NCBI RefSeq assembly: GCF_001194135.2
Contig: NC_068998.1
Location: forward strand, 28,519,264 to 28,554,999
Direction of reading: 5' to 3'
Length of the DNA stretch: 35,736 nucleotides
From: Octopus bimaculoides
Taxonomy: Eukaryota
The position numbers were made by a program, and so were the translations under genes. The notes beneath the pieces were generated by a model. That model ran no database searches. It had not been told where the DNA came from and saw only the letters and a list, made by a program, of their open reading frames with translations. This document shows, in pieces, positions 32,594-35,736 of the stretch; positions within the stretch are counted from its first letter, which is position 1; every line of letters starts with the position of its first letter.

Positions 32594-32730
32594 TATCGTC
32601 TCTAACATAGGCACAAAGCTACAACTTTATAGAGAGATCTTTATCGACCCTGGAAAATTGACCTCGGGAGGATTTGAACCCAGAACGTAAAGGGGCGGAA
32701 CAAATACCAAAGTCACATTCTGTGTTGATG
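32594..32730 (-). mobile_element. SINE family 2, internally deleted
   Basis: rc: tttacgttctgggttcaaatcctcccgaggtcaattttccagggtcgataaa...ctttgtgcctatgttagagac. Confidence 0.65.
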
Positions 32731-32759
32731 ATAGAATGGTTTGAGTGGAAAGTTTTTAA

Positions 32760-33540
32760 CATATTTTCTCCGTTAGTTTCATTGTATTGCGGTGGTTGGT
32801 TGTTTGCAGGGATTTGAATCAGTGTTGTGATCTGGAGAGGCGTTTGCATGGATTGATATGCCAAGGATCAGCCCTTCTAGAATTTTTAAGGGTGTGTTGC
32901 TTTCCCTGGGATTTTGTCCAGCTTCTAAATTCTGGGGATTTGACAATGTTAGTACGAACAGTGAAAGTTATTGGTGAATGTAATTCCTAAAAGATTTAGG
33001 GCTAGGCCCTAGTTATTTTAGGCGTATATTAGTGATTTTGTTTAGCCCAAAGGCTTTTGAAGTTCTTAGATTTCCCTGTACCGGTTTTTTAAGTACCGGT
33101 TGAGAGGAATGAGTCTAAGTGGTGTATTCCCATCTTATGTTTGTCTTTTTTTCTATGATTTTTGAAAAATGTCCAAACTGGTTTCCCTGTGAGTAGATTA
33201 GTTAGTTTATTATTTTGATTGAGGTGTGAGATGAAATGCAGCTAATTACTTGATGTAGTATTGCGAGATTTGTGGTTGATGTTAGAGATAAATGTGATAG
33301 ATATGCTACTGTTAAATGCGGTTCGGTAGGATGGATAATAGACGTCAGGTCACCAAATGTAACAGGTATAGGTTACTGATAGATGTAACGGATGCAGTGG
33401 TTATTAGTATTGATAGCAGGTTAGTTAAAACTCCATGGAACAGTGTGATATGCACCAAATGGATGAACAGAAGGAAAAAGAAAATTCTTTCAGATTCTAT
33501 TTATCCGTTACAGTTCGTCGTTAGGAACAGTACATAAAGT
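32760..33540 (-). pseudogene. Possible decayed LINE ORF2 linker region
   Basis: Weak minus-strand pieces KPVWTFFKN, LDKIPGKA, FKSLQT. Strong strand asymmetry typical of LINEs. Many stops. Confidence 0.3.
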
Positions 33541-33812
33541 TGTAGCAGTCGCTGTTTTACAAGTGGTCAGAGAATATTAATAACGACGAGGCTAGCATAC
33601 TTTTGGTAATGTTTTTATCAGATGTAAGTGCTAGAAAGAGGTAGACATGTTCATTCGCCGAAATACCTGGCAAAAGAGAGCGGCATGTTCCTCTGGTAAG
33701 GTGTCGGATGAGAGAGAGAGAGAGAGAGAGAGGGGGAGAGAGGGAGAGAGAGAGAGTGAGAGAGAGAGAGAGAGAAAGAGAGTAGATNNNNNNNNNNNNN
33801 NNNNNNNNNNNN

Positions 33813-33869
<57 letters not shown>

Positions 33870-34346
33870 TTAACTGTGCCAAATGCTGCATAAAAAGAGA
33901 AAGAATTCTGAAGGTGAATGCATTTATCTATCTTGAACTGAATTTTACCCAAGATATTCAGTTAAAGAATAGGCTGATCTACGTTGAGCAAGGGATGACA
34001 GTCGACTCTCATATATTTCCAAATATGATACCAAAGACAATGGAAAAAAAGCTTACAGAAAAATCTAGACTACGGTTTCGGTTCCTGGCTAAGAATCTAA
34101 GAAACGAGCCGTTTCAAATGTTAGCCAGTTTTCTGTTTATGTTCTTTTGCTATTTATATACGTATTTAGTCGATCGATACCGAGTTTTACTTCGGTTGTG
34201 CATGACGTTGATAGTACGTTTGTTTGAGTTTGTCTCTGATTTTTATGATACTGGCTATTTCTGGTGCTTAATTGGGGTTGTAGTTTTTATGTTACCTTGT
34301 GGGACAAGTTTTCAGATGCGTTTGTAATTGTTTTGTTGAATGTATA

Positions 34347-34575
34347 TGTTGTATTTCCCTCGGGTGACTCGTAGAGATAACACAACGAGTTGTATAATTT
34401 AATTATTACATTTATTATTCAATTACATACAAAGAACGCACTCACCCAATGTTCGTTATGAATAAACAAGAATCATGTCCGTCCGCCATATATATCAATG
34501 ACATTTTACTACGACAGTCACACAAGACAACAACAATGAAACAATGAACTCAGACGAACCACAGTCCATATAACA
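34347..34575 (-). mobile_element. 3' LTR (229 bp) of Gypsy element
   Basis: Minus strand starts TGTTATAT directly after the polypurine tract and ends ATACAACA (TG...CA, 8-bp terminal inverted repeat with 1 mismatch). Contains AATAAA. Confidence 0.75.
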
Positions 34576-34586
34576 CCTCCCCACTG
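34576..34586 (-). other. Polypurine tract of Gypsy element
   Basis: cAGTGGGGAGG immediately 5' of LTR TG on the minus strand. Confidence 0.75.
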
Positions 34587-34609
34587 AAATTGATGCTACA
34601 CAAGAAGTA

Positions 34610-35736
34610 TCAACAGCAAAGTCTCTCTTGGGTTTTACGGGTTCTCTTGGACCGTCTTGGGTTGTCTGGTCCATACTCTGGAACGGGTAACATGGTCTTG
34701 GGTCTGGTTTGTCTTTGAGTTAGTGGCACAGTTTCCGANNNNNNNNNNNNNNNNNNNNNNNNNNNNNNNNNNNNNNNNNNNNNNNNNNNNNNNNNNNNNN
34801 NNNNNNNNNNNNNNNNNNNNNNNNNNNNNNNNNNNNNNNNNNNNNNNNNNNNNNNNNNNNNNNNNNNNNNNNNNNNNNNNNNNNNNNNNNNNNNNNNNNN
34901 NNNNNNNNNNNNNNNNNNNNNNNNNNNNNNNNNNNNNNNNNNNNNNNNNNNNNNNNNNNNNNNNNNNNNNNNNNNNNNNNNNNNNNNNNNNNNNNNNNNN
35001 NNNNNNNNNNNNNNNNNNNNNNNNNNNNNNNNNNNNNNGAAGACTTCCTCAGAGCTTGTTTGAAGGTCTGCACCAAACGTTCAGCTGCTCCGTTGGTAGC
35101 TGGGTGGTAAGGTTCCCCTGTCAGGTGTGTGATCCCACGTTCTTTGCACCAGCTCTGGAACTCCTCAGACGTAAAATTTGGTTCGTTATCGGTGACCAGT
35201 GTGTGAGGAAATCCGAAGTGCGCAAAGTCTTCCTCAAGCAGATTTAAAGTGGCTTTGGTGAACGTGGAGGAAGTAGGATGAATGCATGGGTACTTAGAAT
35301 AAGCATCTGTGATCACCAGCCAATCTCTACCCATAAAATTTATTGCATGGTCTAGGTGTAAGCGGCTCCACGGCTTTTTTGGTAACATCCATGGGTGAAC
35401 TGGAGGCTTAGATGGCTGCCTTTGATGTTCGTTACACGAATCACATCGTCGACTGGCTATCTCTATAGCAGCATCGATACCAGGCCAATAAACAGCAGTT
35501 CTTGCTAGTTGTTTCATGCGTTCCATGTCAAAATGTCCAAGATGTAGAAGATTGAGGATCTTTGGCTGCAAGCTATGTGGAATCACAACTCTAGATCCAT
35601 GTATAAGGCATCCATGACAGATACTAAGTGAGTTTGATAACTTACGGAACTTGTTGACTTCGTCATTGATCTCCATGTTCTTTGGTGGCCAGCCTTCACG
35701 GACGTAGCGCATCACTGTTAATATCACTGGATCTTT
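34610..35736 (-). CDS. Ty3/Gypsy pol, integrase portion (HHCC zinc finger + DDE core), interrupted by a 300-N gap
   Basis: LHLGHF..MKQLARTAVYWPGID...CDSC (HHCC); RLHLDHA, LVTDN, NGAAERLVQTFK (D,D35E). After the gap a frame reads ...PRRSKRTRKTQERLCC* ending at 34610. Confidence 0.93.

Noticed and set aside
33560-33710. Possible minus-strand GIY-YIG remnant (RGTCRSL...HVYL...FSDHL)
   Set aside because: Similarity too weak and fragmentary to call without a profile search.
1902-35247. Long ORFs spanning N gaps or microsatellites (e.g. 1902-3077, 5173-6450, 14708-15403, 25682-26347, 33647-34327, 12221-12934)
   Set aside because: Open only because of N runs or dinucleotide repeats (HT, YI, SL, ER translations); no coding evidence.

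Overview
AT-rich, repeat-dense eukaryotic genomic DNA with about 3.1 kb of N gaps. The SINE families and microsatellite load suggest an octopod cephalopod (inference from recalled repeat sequences, not a database hit). No host protein-coding exon could be identified with confidence. The window is a mosaic of transposon remnants: a hAT C-terminal fragment, a SAP-domain ORF missed by the ORF track, a dead pogo-type DNA transposon, Helitron/Helentron-like non-autonomous elements, two tRNA-derived SINE families, a HERO-like RLE non-LTR element, decayed LINE pieces and the 3' end of a Gypsy LTR element (integrase, PPT, LTR). The most notable signal is not in the ORF track: many minimal hammerhead-ribozyme (HHR) motifs of several unrelated sequence families, linked to Penelope-like element (PLE) GIY-YIG remnants. 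At three loci the HHR-bearing tails form 'tail-out' inverted pairs (4935-6403, 13263-14347, 26403-26881). One family places a tRNA-derived A/B-box cassette between a PLE-like ORF end and the hammerhead. None of the ribozymes has been tested; activity is inferred from motif and pairing only.
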